A stretch of DNA of 64,000 bases from Dehalococcoidia bacterium. GTDB taxonomy: Bacteria; Chloroflexota; Dehalococcoidia; GIF9; AB-539-J10. The stretch lies in contig JAUWOR010000010.1 in the NCBI GenBank assembly GCA_030612025.1, forward strand, positions 11,102 through 75,101, read 5' to 3'. The stretch's first letter is position 1. Every line of letters starts with the position of its first letter. The position numbers and the translations under genes were made by a program. Below the pieces are notes generated by a model, which was given only the letters and a program-made list of their open reading frames with translations, was not told where the DNA came from and ran no database searches. Positions 19,102 to 29,817 of this stretch are shown here, piece after piece.

Positions 19102-19252
19102 GGTCTATTTGATTTTGCCTCAGATTCAAAACTAGATTTGGCTCATCTCCGGATTCTCGTAGTGCGACCCTTCAGGGTCGTGCACGAGGCTACCCCGTGT
19201 AGTAATCTTCGCTACTACACGGGGTAGCCTCGCACTACATTTTTAAACACCC
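19102..19252. mobile_element. Degenerate TIR-bounded element containing an R2 REP doublet (19159-19238) with a CCCCGTG hairpin inserted in its loop
   Basis: Similar over its length to 38335-38472; ends in TTTTAAACACCC. Confidence 0.6.
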
Positions 19253-20488
19253 TCCAACTTTCCTATATGACCGCCGCCAAGTCCATTCTTCTAAAGCTAA
19301 AGCACCGGCTAAAGCCAGTGATGCGGCCAAAGCTGATAACACGGCGATTAAGGCAGGATGTAGCCATACCATCTCAGCCTGAACCACCGGAGCTATCAGT
19401 GTTTCTCGCCAGCGGCTATCAAGCCCGTCTATGTCAAAACCATAAACCTGGGTTAAAGCTCCATCGTAGGTGTCACCTTCCTTGAAGAGGGTTAATAGAT
19501 TGAGCATTTTATTTTCGCCATAATTGCGGAGAAGGTATTCCACCAGGCTATAACTCTGAGCATAGGAGAGATAAGCTTTTTCTGGTTCAGCGGAAAACGG
19601 ACTGCACAAGCTGCGGACAGAAATTAGCTTACCCTCAGAGATAGCCTTGCCCAAGTAGGCTCGGAAATAAGGGTCGAGCTCCCCCTCGTTATACATAGCT
19701 AAGCCCTCATCAAGCCAGGTGGGCAGTTCGCCATAGGGACTGAAAGTTGCCTGGTGAACGACTAAATGCGTCAGCTCGTGAACTAAAGCTTTTTTGCCCC
19801 AATCAAGTTGATTTGGTGAAATGCCGATGGCAATTATGCCAAACTCAGTAAAAGCAACACCCCCGGTCCACTCCCGGGGGAAAATCATGGCTCCTTGCAA
19901 GTCTCCGGCTGAAGCATAGATATATATTCTAATAGGCTTCGAGATTGCTTCGCCACTGTGCGCCTCGCAATGACTGATAGGCTTCAATCTAGCAAGCCCT
20001 TGCTCACAAGCATCTATTAATTCCTGAGCAAAAGAATCGTCTCCTTCATACCAGAAAAGGGTTAAATCACTCTTATTTAGGCTTTGCCAATCATAGCGGC
20101 CATCATCAAAATGCACTTCGGCTGGAGGAGTTTCAAGCTTATTTCCAGCAGCATCTCGCATCGTCCACCAATATGATATAGCTGCCCCAGGAGGCAAGCT
20201 CGATTTTCTCATATCCCAAACCCAACTAGTTTCTACTCTGGTTGCTGGAGCAAAGTCAGGCCACCCCTCGCTGGTAACCTGGGCGTAATTCATCCTATCC
20301 ACCTGATAATGAAGGCGAGCATCAACAATATCAGCCTCACTCTCAGCTTCGATAGTGAAGACAAGCGCAATGGGAAAATGCACCTCTACGCTGCTATCCA
20401 AGACTGCGATGCCACTATCCGCCTTGACCAGGGAAGGGGTGAATAGTAAGAAAAGAAGTAGAGCTACTAAGCTAATACGCTTAATCAT
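19235..20488 (-). CDS. Peptidase MA-like zinc metallopeptidase, secreted and C-terminally anchored
   Basis: HELTH, PTWLDEGLA, YAQSYSLV; signal peptide. Confidence 0.85.
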   Translation of the reverse strand: MIKRISLVALLLFLLFTPSLVKADSGIAVLDSSVEVHFPIALVFTIEAESEADIVDARLHYQVDRMNYAQVTSEGWPDFAPATRVETSWVWDMRKSSLPPGAAISYWWTMRDAAGNKLETPPAEVHFDDGRYDWQSLNKSDLTLFWYEGDDSFAQELIDACEQGLARLKPISHCEAHSGEAISKPIRIYIYASAGDLQGAMIFPREWTGGVAFTEFGIIAIGISPNQLDWGKKALVHELTHLVVHQATFSPYGELPTWLDEGLAMYNEGELDPYFRAYLGKAISEGKLISVRSLCSPFSAEPEKAYLSYAQSYSLVEYLLRNYGENKMLNLLTLFKEGDTYDGALTQVYGFDIDGLDSRWRETLIAPVVQAEMVWLHPALIAVLSALAASLALAGALALEEWTWRRSYRKVGGCLKM

Positions 20489-21589
20489 TTCTCTTCGCCT
20501 ACTTTGGAACGAAGATAGGCAGTGATAAATCCATCCAAATCTCCATCCAATACAGCCTCAGCATTGGCTACCTCATAGTTAGTGCGATGGTCTTTTACCA
20601 TTTTATAGGGATGAAGGACATAGCTTCTAATCTGACTCCCCCACTCAGCCTCGATACGCTTACCCTTAAGTTTCGCCTTTTCCTCCTCTTTCTTCACGCG
20701 CTCTAGCTCGAGGAGGCGAGTATAAAGGATTCTCAAGGCAGTCTCCTTATTCTGATGTTGAGACCTCTGACTCTGACAGGCAGCTACTAACCCGGTAGGC
20801 AAGTGAGTTATCCTAACAGCGCTGCTCGTCTTCTGCATATGTTGCCCACCAGGACCACTGGACCTAAAGGTATCTATTCTTAAATCTTCTGGGCTGATTT
20901 GGATATCCAATTCCTTCTCTACTTCAGGAAGAACTTCTACTAAGGCAAAAGAGGTATGCCGAGCATGATCAGCATCAAAGGGAGAAAGGCGAACCAACCT
21001 ATGAACTCCATGCTCACATTTAAGATAGCCATAGGCGTAATCCCCTTTAACTTCCACGATGGCACTTTTGATGCCAGCTTCCTCACCAGGAGAGACATCC
21101 AATATTTCAGCTTGATAATCATGCCGCTCTGCCCACCTGAGGTACATCCGGAGTAACATATTTACCCAATCCTGAGACTCCGTGCCACCAGCGCCACTAT
21201 GAAGGGCAAGCATGGCATTTCTGGCATCGTAATCACCACTGAAAATCAACTGGCTCTCCAATCGCTCAAACTGAGAGGCCAATTTCTTCAACTCCTGCTG
21301 CATCTCCGCCTTAAGGGAATAATCACCTTCCTCAACAGCTAGAGTTGCCATATCATAAAGGTCAGCGACTTCCCTCTCCAGCTGGCGCCAATTATGGACT
21401 AAATTTTTCTTCACCCCGAGCTGACGCATAATAGCTTGAGCTTTAGCCGAGTCACGCCAGAAATCGGGACTAGCTGATTCTGCCTCTACCCGGGCAATCT
21501 CCTTCTCTTTACCAGGAATGTCAAAGATGCACCATTATATCTGAGATTCGGCGGTGTAAAGCTTCTAAATTTTCCCTTTCTTCCTCCAT
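20485..21589 (-). CDS. prfB: Peptide chain release factor 2 with programmed +1 frameshift
   Basis: SPF and GGQ motifs; upstream 22-codon ORF MEEERENL...MVHL ends in CTT TGA C; RBS AAGGAGG. Confidence 0.93.
21520..21526 (-). promoter_or_regulatory. prfB autoregulatory frameshift site CTTTGAC
   Basis: Canonical RF2 slippery site at the expected position. Confidence 0.92.
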
Positions 21590-21603
21590 TTATCCTCCTT
21601 ATA

Positions 21604-22305
21604 TCAACTAAATAACTTCCCTTGATAACTTGGCTCAAAGACTAGGTTGCCACCAGCAGCGAGGTGAGCTAAACGAGTAGGCTCAGGAAGACGATAGCCA
21701 CGACAACACTTCGTCACCCAGTATAGAGCCGAGGCAAGGTCAATTTTGTGACCTACAGAAACATATATCGGTTTCGTTCCAATTTTAGTTCTTAATGCTG
21801 CTCCAATAATCTCGCCATTATCAACCAGCTCAGCATGGCAACCAACTTTCGCCCCTACAGGCTCATGCCTGCCGCAAAGAATAGATTTAGCACAACCTAT
21901 GGTGGGCACATTGAGAAAAAGTCCCAAATGTGAGGCAAGCCCTAACCGCCTGGGATGAGCTATCCCTTGACCATCAACTAGAACAAAGTCAGGGGTATTA
22001 CATAGCTTTTCACAAGCAGCCAGTATTAAAGGGCACTCCCGGAAGGATAATAGGCCTGGTATGTAGGGGAAAGTAATCTTGCTTTCAGCAGTTTTAATTT
22101 CCACTACACTAAACTCAGGATAGCTAAGGACCACCACTGCTCCTCGAGCTATGCCTTGAGAGTTGGGAGAAGATATATCAACGCCGGCAACAAGATGTGG
22201 ATTAATGCCCTGGTTCTTAGTCACTACTTTTCTTGCCAAGCTCAATTGTATCTCCTTAGCTTGAGCAAAGTTCATCTCCCACCCATGCAATTTGTTTACT
22301 TTCAT
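21604..22305 (-). CDS. nfi: Endonuclease V
   Basis: AGVD, FPYIPGLLSFRE, DGQGIAHPRR, RLPEPTR. Confidence 0.95.
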   Translation of the reverse strand: MKVNKLHGWEMNFAQAKEIQLSLARKVVTKNQGINPHLVAGVDISSPNSQGIARGAVVVLSYPEFSVVEIKTAESKITFPYIPGLLSFRECPLILAACEKLCNTPDFVLVDGQGIAHPRRLGLASHLGLFLNVPTIGCAKSILCGRHEPVGAKVGCHAELVDNGEIIGAALRTKIGTKPIYVSVGHKIDLASALYWVTKCCRGYRLPEPTRLAHLAAGGNLVFEPSYQGKLFS

Positions 22306-22364
22306 AATCTTATTGAATTATAAAGCATTCTTCCCCAATGGCAAACCTTAAAGCCACAAAACCA

Positions 22365-22393
22365 TTGACAATTACAATTGCTTAAGAGATAAT
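22365..22393 (+). promoter_or_regulatory. Sigma70-type promoter of rpsP
   Basis: TTGACA-17bp-GATAAT, 6 nt before the GTG start. Confidence 0.65.
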
Positions 22394-22399
22394 AGTTAA

Positions 22400-22675
22400 G
22401 TGGTTAAAATCAGATTACGCCGGGTAGGAAGGAAACATAAACCAATCTACCGAGTGGTAGTAGCTAATAGCCGGTCACCTCGTGATGGCAAATTTATCGA
22501 GACCATCGGACATTACAATCCTTTAACCGACCCGGCTACTGTTGATATTAACGAGGAAAAAGCATTAAAATGGCTTAACTGTGGGGCTCAGCCCACAGAT
22601 ACTGTTTATAGCTTATTGCGCAAATTAGGCATTATGGATAAATTTAAGCAACAGCAAACCTCAAACCAAAATTAG
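22400..22675 (+). CDS. rpsP: 30S ribosomal protein S16
   Basis: [19 protein letters not shown]. Confidence 0.97.
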   Translation: MVKIRLRRVGRKHKPIYRVVVANSRSPRDGKFIETIGHYNPLTDPATVDINEEKALKWLNCGAQPTDTVYSLLRKLGIMDKFKQQQTSNQN

Positions 22676-22691
22676 CTGTTAAGGAGACAAA

Positions 22692-22919
22692 ATGAAGGAG
22701 TTAGTAGAATACATTGTTAAATCCATCGTGGCAGAGCCAGACAAGGTAAACATTACTGAAGAAAATAGTGATATAGGCTTATTGATCAAATTGGAAGTCG
22801 CTCCGGAGGATAAAGGCAGGGTTATCGGTAGACAAGGACGGGTAGCCGAAGCGATACGCACTTTACTCCGAGTAAAGGCAGCCAGGGCTGATACTAGAGT
22901 CAGATTAGAAATATTGTAA
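22692..22919 (+). CDS. khpA: KH-domain RNA-binding protein KhpA
   Basis: DKGRVIGRQGR; follows rpsP. Confidence 0.9.
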   Translation: MKELVEYIVKSIVAEPDKVNITEENSDIGLLIKLEVAPEDKGRVIGRQGRVAEAIRTLLRVKAARADTRVRLEIL

Positions 22920-23255
22920 CCAGGACACTAGTTTGCCTGCCCCTTTTATGGAGCATTAAATTTTGCCTCCCCAACTTTAAAAATGGCATATTTCGTCAAG
23001 GGTGGGGCGGTGAGTTCGTTTATGATATGGGACGATTAATAGCGCCAATATGCCTGCAACTCTCAATACGCCTAAATCGAAATGCAATCCTGCCAATCAC
23101 AATCGCTAGCTAGACCAATACTCCCTATACGAGCAGTGAAACCCATAGCTAAAAATCTAGCTGCTTAAAAGAAACCCAGATGCCAATTCAAAATGGAATA
23201 CAGCAATATTTAAAAAGCTGTTGCCAATGCCGAGACGAAGCCAACCCATGAATCT

Positions 23256-23777
23256 TCAAGATTTGCGCTTCTTAAAATCTTCTAGATCAAGTGTATTTAT
23301 GAAGTCTTTATACGCCGACAACCTCTTCAGTTCCTCCTCGCTGACCTTGCCTTTAGAAATAGGCTTACCTGTTTCCTCTTCAAGCGTAATGCCAGCTTTA
23401 TCCAGTACCGATTCTTCAGCATATATCGGCGCCCCAGTTCTTACCGCTAAGGCTAAAGCATCGCTAGGCCGAGAATCAATCTCGACCTCCGTGCCATCAA
23501 CGCTAAGAAAAAGCTTGGCATAAAAGGTATCATTTTGAAGTTCATTAACCACAATAAAATTAACCGAAGCTCCTAAAGCACTAATGACAGATTGTAACAA
23601 ATCGTGTGTCAGGGGGCGGGACAACTCGATATTCGCCAGTTTTACCGCAATAGCATCTGCCACGTCAGGACCAATCCAGATAGGCAAATACCGGTTAGCC
23701 ATTTTCTCCTTCAAAATGACCACGCACTGATTCCTCATTGCCGTTGCCCGGAGTTGATTAATTTCCATCTCTATCAT
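23256..23777 (-). CDS. Bifunctional nuclease family protein (DUF151)
   Basis: LPIWIG, RPLTHDL, DSRPSDALALA. Confidence 0.9.
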   Translation of the reverse strand: MIEMEINQLRATAMRNQCVVILKEKMANRYLPIWIGPDVADAIAVKLANIELSRPLTHDLLQSVISALGASVNFIVVNELQNDTFYAKLFLSVDGTEVEIDSRPSDALALAVRTGAPIYAEESVLDKAGITLEEETGKPISKGKVSEEELKRLSAYKDFINTLDLEDFKKRKS

Positions 23778-23925
23778 AGTAACACCCCCTTTAGCCAAGC
23801 TTTTATTTTACCCCTATAAATCCTACTGAATAAATAAACTTAAGTCAACTATTTTAGCCGATTTAGCCAAAATTGGCTCCTTTTCAATTACTACGATTTG
23901 GAATTGTTTAGAAACAACTATTACC

Positions 23926-24011
23926 TGTCATTCTGAGTCCTTCATTCCTTGTCATTCTGAGGGATTAGCCGAAGCCCTGAGCAGAGCGAAGGGACAGTGA
24001 CCGAAGAATCT
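23926..24011. repeat. Nested GTCATTCTGAG...GAAGAATCTC palindromic repeat
   Basis: Two GTCATTCTGAG starts and an internal CCCTGAGC..GCGAAGGG unit. Confidence 0.7.
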
Positions 24012-24108
24012 CATATCGCTCAGTGTAAGCATTTGTTTGACCCCACCCCACGTGATACAATTCAACCATCACGGCAAAGGGAGGCGTAGAAGCAAAACTA
24101 AGGCTTTG

Positions 24109-25122
24109 ATGGTTCACGAATTGGGCATACGGCAGCAAATGGAGGAGCGAGAGGAAAGCCTTTCCCCTTATGCCGCTAAGAGCAAATTCAGCCGGGGCAG
24201 GCTGAGATGGGAGGAGCCATGTCCTATAAGAACTTGCTTTCAGCGCGATCGTGACCGTATCATCCACTCCAAAGCTTTTCGCCGCCTCAAGCATAAGACA
24301 CAGGTCTTTATTGCCCCTTTAGGTGACCATTATGTCACCAGGCTTACTCATACCCTGGAGGTCTCCCAAATTGCCAGAACTATATCACGAGCCTCGAATC
24401 TTAACGAGGATTTAAGCGAAGCTATCGCCTTAGGACATGACTTGGGGCATACTCCTTTTGGTCATATAGGTGAAGAGGTTTTAAACGAACTTTACCCCGG
24501 TGGCTTCAGACATAATGAGCAAAGCTTGCGAGTAGTTGACCTATTGGAGAAAGATGGGCAGGGACTTAATCTTACCTGGGAAGTGCGAGACGGCATCCTT
24601 AAACATTCCAAAGGGGAAGCAGATATCTTAGGAGAAGAATGGGAAAATATGAGCACCCTAGAAGGTCAAGTATGCAAATTAGCAGATATCGTTGCTTATG
24701 TTAACCACGATATTGGTGACGCTATAAGGGCTGGCATCATTAGCGAAAACGACTTGCCTGAGCAAGCAGTGAAAATCCTAGGCCATACACATTCCCAACG
24801 AATTAATACCCTGGTCTGCGATGTTGTGAACTGCTCTTGGGCAAAACCAATTATCTCTATGAGCCCGGAAGTCCTCAGGGCAACTAATAGCCTCCGCCAG
24901 TTCCTATTTGAAAAAGTATATAATCCCAGCTTAGCCACCAAAGAAGCAGCCAAGGCAAAAAAAACACTGCACCTTCTCTACTCCTATTTCCTGAAACATG
25001 AAGATGAATTACCCCCAGAATTTGCCTCCCTGGACGATACCGGGGAACGCAAAGTTGTCGATTACATTGCTGGAATGACTGACCAATATGCGCTACGATT
25101 AGCCGAGGAGATATTCAAATGA
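24109..25122 (+). CDS. dgt: Deoxyguanosinetriphosphate triphosphohydrolase-like protein
   Basis: [37 protein letters not shown]. Confidence 0.93.
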   Translation: MVHELGIRQQMEEREESLSPYAAKSKFSRGRLRWEEPCPIRTCFQRDRDRIIHSKAFRRLKHKTQVFIAPLGDHYVTRLTHTLEVSQIARTISRASNLNEDLSEAIALGHDLGHTPFGHIGEEVLNELYPGGFRHNEQSLRVVDLLEKDGQGLNLTWEVRDGILKHSKGEADILGEEWENMSTLEGQVCKLADIVAYVNHDIGDAIRAGIISENDLPEQAVKILGHTHSQRINTLVCDVVNCSWAKPIISMSPEVLRATNSLRQFLFEKVYNPSLATKEAAKAKKTLHLLYSYFLKHEDELPPEFASLDDTGERKVVDYIAGMTDQYALRLAEEIFK

Positions 25123-26972
25123 GCGTCATCAGCGAAGTAAAACAAAAAATGGACATTGTAGAAGTCATCTCTGATTACATTGCTTTACAAAAAGCAGGGC
25201 GTAATTTTAAAGCTTTATGTCCCTTTCACAGCGAGAAACACCCCTCCTTTTTTGTCTTCCCAGAACAACAGACCTGGCACTGCTTTGGCGCCTGTGGCAC
25301 CGGAGGCGATGTCTTCTCCTTCCTCATGAAGAAGGAAGGAATTGATTTTGGTCAAGCTCTCCGCCTCTTAGCTCAAAGAGCAGGTATAACTCTAATTTCA
25401 CCCGCGATATCAAGAAGCGCTGAAGATAAAAAGAGGGAGAGATTATTCCAGATTAATGAGGCAACAGCTGAATACTACCACCACTTACTTTTAAATACTA
25501 AAGCCGGTGAGCCAGCTAGAGCTTATCTCAGCAAAAGAAAGATCACACCCGAAACTATGGAGAAATTCCGATTAGGTTTTAGCCCCGATAGTTGGGAAGC
25601 ACTAAAGAAATTCTTAATGAGCAAAGGATATGAAGAAAGGGAACTATTTGAAGTTGGCTTGATAATAGAGAAGGAGGGGGGAGGTAATTATGATAGGTTT
25701 CGCAACCGATTGATGTTCCCCATATGTGATATTCAAGGCCGGGTCACTGGCTTTGGAGCAAGGGTATTAGATGAATCTTTACCTAAATACATTAACTCGC
25801 CTCAGACACCAATTTTTGATAAGAGCGGCAACCTTTACGGCATTGACCAGGCTAAGCTCGCTGCTAGACAAAAAAACTTGGTAATAATCGTCGAGGGTTA
25901 TATGGATGTCCTTAGAGCCCATCAACATGGCTGGCAAAATGTAGTTGCCTCAATGGGAACCTCCGTGACTGAAAAACAAGTAGCCATTGTTAAGAGGTCA
26001 AGCAAAAATATAGCTCTATCTCTTGATGCCGATGCTGCCGGAGAGGAAGCTACTTTGCGAAGTGCCGAGGTATTAATTGATTCCCTAGAAAAAAAGGTAA
26101 CGCCAATCCCTACCTGGTCTGGATTAGTAAAATACGAAAATATTCTTAATGCTGAGATAAAGGTTATTCCTTTGCCTCAGGGCAAAGACCCCGATAAAGT
26201 GATAGATGAGAGTCCCGACCTTTGGCAAAACCTAGTGGAACAAGCCCTACCTATGCTGGATTTTGCCTTTGAGACTATAATAAGTAAGATTGATTTCAAT
26301 AAAGCCAAGGATAAGTCTCTAGCGATACAGAAATTGCTGCCCTTAGTTTATGAAATAAAAGACCCCGTACGGCAAGCTCACTATGTGCAAAAATTAGCCC
26401 GCCGACTAACCATTAGCGAATCTATACTGGCAGCCACTTTGAGAAAATCACCAGCCGCTAAGAAAAGACAACGATTAAGTGAGGCAATAGAACAATCTCG
26501 CTTCACTCAGCAACTCGTGTCCAACCCTGTTGAGGAATATTGTTTGGCCCTGCTCCTCCAGTATCCCGAGCTCCGCCAGCTAGCTCAAGAGCTGTCGGTG
26601 GAGCACTTCGAAAGCACCGAGAATCGCGAGATTTTCATCAAGTGGCAACGCACCGAAGATATTTCCAAGCTTAAAGAGAAACTTGACGCTAATCTATTAG
26701 AACACTTAAACTACTTAATGAATAAGCCAATTCTGGATGAAAATGACTGGGAGCGGCAACACGCTCTAGACGATTGCATTCTTAGTTTGCAAGAGAGATT
26801 CTCAAGAAGGTTGGAGGCTGGTAGAGAACTAATGTTTAATCTTACCCGGGAGAAAGAGGGCCTGAATGCCGAGCTAGCTAAACTGGATGAACAGGGAATA
26901 AGTTCCAGTGAGCAACTCAAGGAGATCTTCATTAAACGAGGGAAACCAGCGAGAACAAAAGAGGTTAGATGA
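25119..26972 (+). CDS. dnaG: DNA primase
   Basis: CPFHSEK CHC2 finger, KYINSP, VEGYMDV, DADAAG. Confidence 0.96.
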   Translation: MSVISEVKQKMDIVEVISDYIALQKAGRNFKALCPFHSEKHPSFFVFPEQQTWHCFGACGTGGDVFSFLMKKEGIDFGQALRLLAQRAGITLISPAISRSAEDKKRERLFQINEATAEYYHHLLLNTKAGEPARAYLSKRKITPETMEKFRLGFSPDSWEALKKFLMSKGYEERELFEVGLIIEKEGGGNYDRFRNRLMFPICDIQGRVTGFGARVLDESLPKYINSPQTPIFDKSGNLYGIDQAKLAARQKNLVIIVEGYMDVLRAHQHGWQNVVASMGTSVTEKQVAIVKRSSKNIALSLDADAAGEEATLRSAEVLIDSLEKKVTPIPTWSGLVKYENILNAEIKVIPLPQGKDPDKVIDESPDLWQNLVEQALPMLDFAFETIISKIDFNKAKDKSLAIQKLLPLVYEIKDPVRQAHYVQKLARRLTISESILAATLRKSPAAKKRQRLSEAIEQSRFTQQLVSNPVEEYCLALLLQYPELRQLAQELSVEHFESTENREIFIKWQRTEDISKLKEKLDANLLEHLNYLMNKPILDENDWERQHALDDCILSLQERFSRRLEAGRELMFNLTREKEGLNAELAKLDEQGISSSEQLKEIFIKRGKPARTKEVR

Positions 26973-28432
26973 TGGATTTAATTAAAGGCAGAACTCCTGG
27001 CATAAATGAGGATGAGGAATCACCTCCAGAAGAGACTCCCGCCGACGAGGGTGAAGCTGAGGTTAGTGGTGCCGCATTTGAGGAAGAGACTGCGGAGGAA
27101 GTGACCACTAAAGAAGCTAAGCCACAAGTAATAGCGGCGGAGGAACAGGAGATAATTGATGACTTAGCTCGCATGTACCTTCGCGACATCGGCAGGGTGC
27201 CACTTCTCACAGCTGCTGAAGAGAAGGAACTATCCAGCAAAATAGAGCAAAGAAACCACTTGAGGAAAATTGAAGACGCACACTTCAAGAAGCACAGGAA
27301 ATTTCCTTCAGCAGTTGACATAGTAGTTGATCTAATTTCTCAACTATCCCGGGCTTACCCTATCATGGAAGTCGTCAAAGAGCACTGTGGCATCGAGAAC
27401 TCTTGTAGTCTAGCAGAGACAAGCACAAATCCTAAATTTCGCGCTGCTATCGATAATGAGCTAGCCTTAGAATTGGTAACAGCCATTGCCCAAAAGACAG
27501 GCAAAGAAACTGCCGCAGCAGAGGAAGCCATAATAAACCTTTCTTTGAACAGCCGCCTCTTGCCACCACAATCGTTGGTCCTTATTGGAGATAAAACTTC
27601 AGGGCAAGAGATAAAGGCTCTCCTAGCTAGCAACAAATTCCTCTCCCAGCTTCACTCCTATAACGAGCAGTTTAAAACCCACTTTGAAGAGGTAAGGGCT
27701 GAGGCAAAAAGGGCAGAAGAACACCTCACTGAGGCAAACCTGCGCCTGGTGGTTAGCATAGCCAGGAAATACATCGGACATGGTATGTCCCTCCTCGACC
27801 TTATCCAAGAGGGGAATATTGGCCTTATGCGAGCGGTAGACAAGTTTCGGCATAGAAAAGGTTACAAGTTCAGCACTTACGCCACTTGGTGGATCAGACA
27901 AGGCACCACCCGATCCATAGCTGACCAATCTCGCACTATTCGCATCCCAGTGCATATGGTAGAAACAATCAATAAGTTACTGCGGACGATGCGACAGCTA
28001 ACTCAGGAACTTGGGCGCGAACCAAGCTATAAAGAAATTGGCGACCAATTAAATATGACTCCCGAAAGGGTAGAGGAAATTATAGGCCTATTTCACCATG
28101 AGCCGATATCGCTGGAGACACCTATCGGCGCAGAGGAGAACAGTCGCCTGGGGGACTTTGTCGAAGACCGTACTAGCCTGGCGCCAATCGAAGCTGCTTC
28201 ACAGCAGTTACTCAAAGAACAGATAGATAGGGTGCTTGATGAGCTTACCCCAAGGGAGAAAAGGGTGCTACAGCTCAGATTCGGCCTCAAGGATGGACAT
28301 ACCCGAACCTTGGAAGAAGTGGGGCAAGAATTCAATGTAACTCGAGAGAGGATTCGCCAGATTGAAGCTAAAGCTTTGCGCAAGTTGCGCCACCCTAGCA
28401 AGAGTCGAAAACTCAGGGATTATTTAGAGTAA
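26969..28432 (+). CDS. rpoD: Primary sigma factor RpoD/SigA
   Basis: [41 protein letters not shown]. Confidence 0.93.
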   Translation: MMDLIKGRTPGINEDEESPPEETPADEGEAEVSGAAFEEETAEEVTTKEAKPQVIAAEEQEIIDDLARMYLRDIGRVPLLTAAEEKELSSKIEQRNHLRKIEDAHFKKHRKFPSAVDIVVDLISQLSRAYPIMEVVKEHCGIENSCSLAETSTNPKFRAAIDNELALELVTAIAQKTGKETAAAEEAIINLSLNSRLLPPQSLVLIGDKTSGQEIKALLASNKFLSQLHSYNEQFKTHFEEVRAEAKRAEEHLTEANLRLVVSIARKYIGHGMSLLDLIQEGNIGLMRAVDKFRHRKGYKFSTYATWWIRQGTTRSIADQSRTIRIPVHMVETINKLLRTMRQLTQELGREPSYKEIGDQLNMTPERVEEIIGLFHHEPISLETPIGAEENSRLGDFVEDRTSLAPIEAASQQLLKEQIDRVLDELTPREKRVLQLRFGLKDGHTRTLEEVGQEFNVTRERIRQIEAKALRKLRHPSKSRKLRDYLE

Positions 28433-28474
28433 GCGCTACCAAATTGGTTAGCTCTTGTATCGGATAAATCGATT

Positions 28475-28951
28475 ATGGAACAGCTCTGGGCACCATGGCG
28501 AATACAATATGTTACTAGGCCGAAGGAGACCGTCTGCATCCTGTGCCAAAAATCTAAAGAAAATAAGGACGAGACGAACTTCATCCTTCACCGCAGCCAA
28601 AATAACTTCATAATCTTGAATGCCTTCCCCTATAACCCGGGACACCTAATGATAGCCCCTTATCGCCATATAGCAAATCTGCAGGACTTATCAGATGCCG
28701 AGATAACAGACCACTTCAATCTGGTGAAGAAAAGCTTGGCTCTTTTAAAAGAGATACTTAATCCCGATGGCTTCAACATAGGTTTAAACATAGGCAAGGT
28801 CGCTGGAGCTGGAATAGAAGAACATCTCCATACTCATATAGTGCCCCGATGGCAAGGTGATGTTAACTTTATGCCCGTATTGTCCAATACCAGGGTAATA
28901 TCAGAGGGGTTAGCTGCCACTTATAAAAAGCTAAGGGTCGCTATTGAGTAA
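28475..28951 (+). CDS. HIT-family hydrolase
   Basis: LWAPWR, PYNPGH, HLHTHIVPRW. Confidence 0.92.
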   Translation: MEQLWAPWRIQYVTRPKETVCILCQKSKENKDETNFILHRSQNNFIILNAFPYNPGHLMIAPYRHIANLQDLSDAEITDHFNLVKKSLALLKEILNPDGFNIGLNIGKVAGAGIEEHLHTHIVPRWQGDVNFMPVLSNTRVISEGLAATYKKLRVAIE

Positions 28952-28955
28952 ATTG

Positions 28956-29771
28956 CTACTCAGCTTGAGGATAAGAGCCTAGAACTTTGACAAAGGTGGT
29001 TACTTGTTCAAGCTCTTTTATAGCCTCTTGATAAACTTCACTATCTATGTGCCCTTCAAAATCGGTATAAAAAACATACTCCCACGGTTTGCTTTTACTT
29101 GGCCTGGACTCTAATTTCGTCAGATTTATATTCCTAATGGCGAATATGCCCAAGACTTTATATAGGGCACCAGGCACATTTTCCGTGGCAACGACGAGAG
29201 AGGTCTTGTTTTTTAATGCTGGCTTAGTTTTCTCCCTTGAGATAGCAAAAAACCTGGTGTAATTATTAACATTAGTTTCAATTTCGGGTGCCAAGATCTC
29301 TAAAGCATAAATATTAGCCGCTCTCTTACTAGCTATAGCAGCACATCCCTTCAGTTCTCTCTCCTTTATCATTTTGGCGCTGCCAGCAGTATCATAACTA
29401 GGCACAACTTCGACCTTCAATTTGGTTAGAAATTCCTCACATTGAGCCAAAGCTTGGGGATGAGAGTAAATCGTTCTTATACTAGTCAGATTTTCCCCAG
29501 GCAAAGCCATTAGGCAGTGGCTTACTCTGAGAATGACCTCAGCAAATATATTAAGAGGATATGCTAGTAACAAATCATAGGTCTCAGCTAATGTACCAGC
29601 TTGAGAGTTCTCCACAGGGACTACGCCAAAATCAACGCTGACTTCCAACACAGCCTGGAAAACGTCTCGGAGGTGGATACAAGGCAAAAAATCGCTGCCC
29701 TCACCAAAAAGCTTCACCGCAGCATCCTCACTAAAAGCACCCCTTTCTCCTTGAAAAGCAACCTTAATCAT
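28956..29771 (-). CDS. pheA: Prephenate dehydratase
   Basis: FQGERGAFSE, SHPQALAQC, TRF, KLESRP. Confidence 0.95.
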   Translation of the reverse strand: MIKVAFQGERGAFSEDAAVKLFGEGSDFLPCIHLRDVFQAVLEVSVDFGVVPVENSQAGTLAETYDLLLAYPLNIFAEVILRVSHCLMALPGENLTSIRTIYSHPQALAQCEEFLTKLKVEVVPSYDTAGSAKMIKERELKGCAAIASKRAANIYALEILAPEIETNVNNYTRFFAISREKTKPALKNKTSLVVATENVPGALYKVLGIFAIRNINLTKLESRPSKSKPWEYVFYTDFEGHIDSEVYQEAIKELEQVTTFVKVLGSYPQAE

Positions 29772-29817
29772 TGTTCCACTAAGTATAGCTTGGTTGTTTC
29801 CGCTTTTCCATTATAAA

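Noticed and set aside
20485-21429. Truncated prfB
   Set aside because: Explained by the canonical CTTTGAC programmed frameshift; the true start is 21589
22920-23250. ncRNA in the khpA-DUF151 gap
   Set aside because: I could not identify a convincing structure or known motif
27240-27720. Unusual insert in RpoD
   Set aside because: Lies in the normal non-conserved region between sigma regions 1.2 and 2.1
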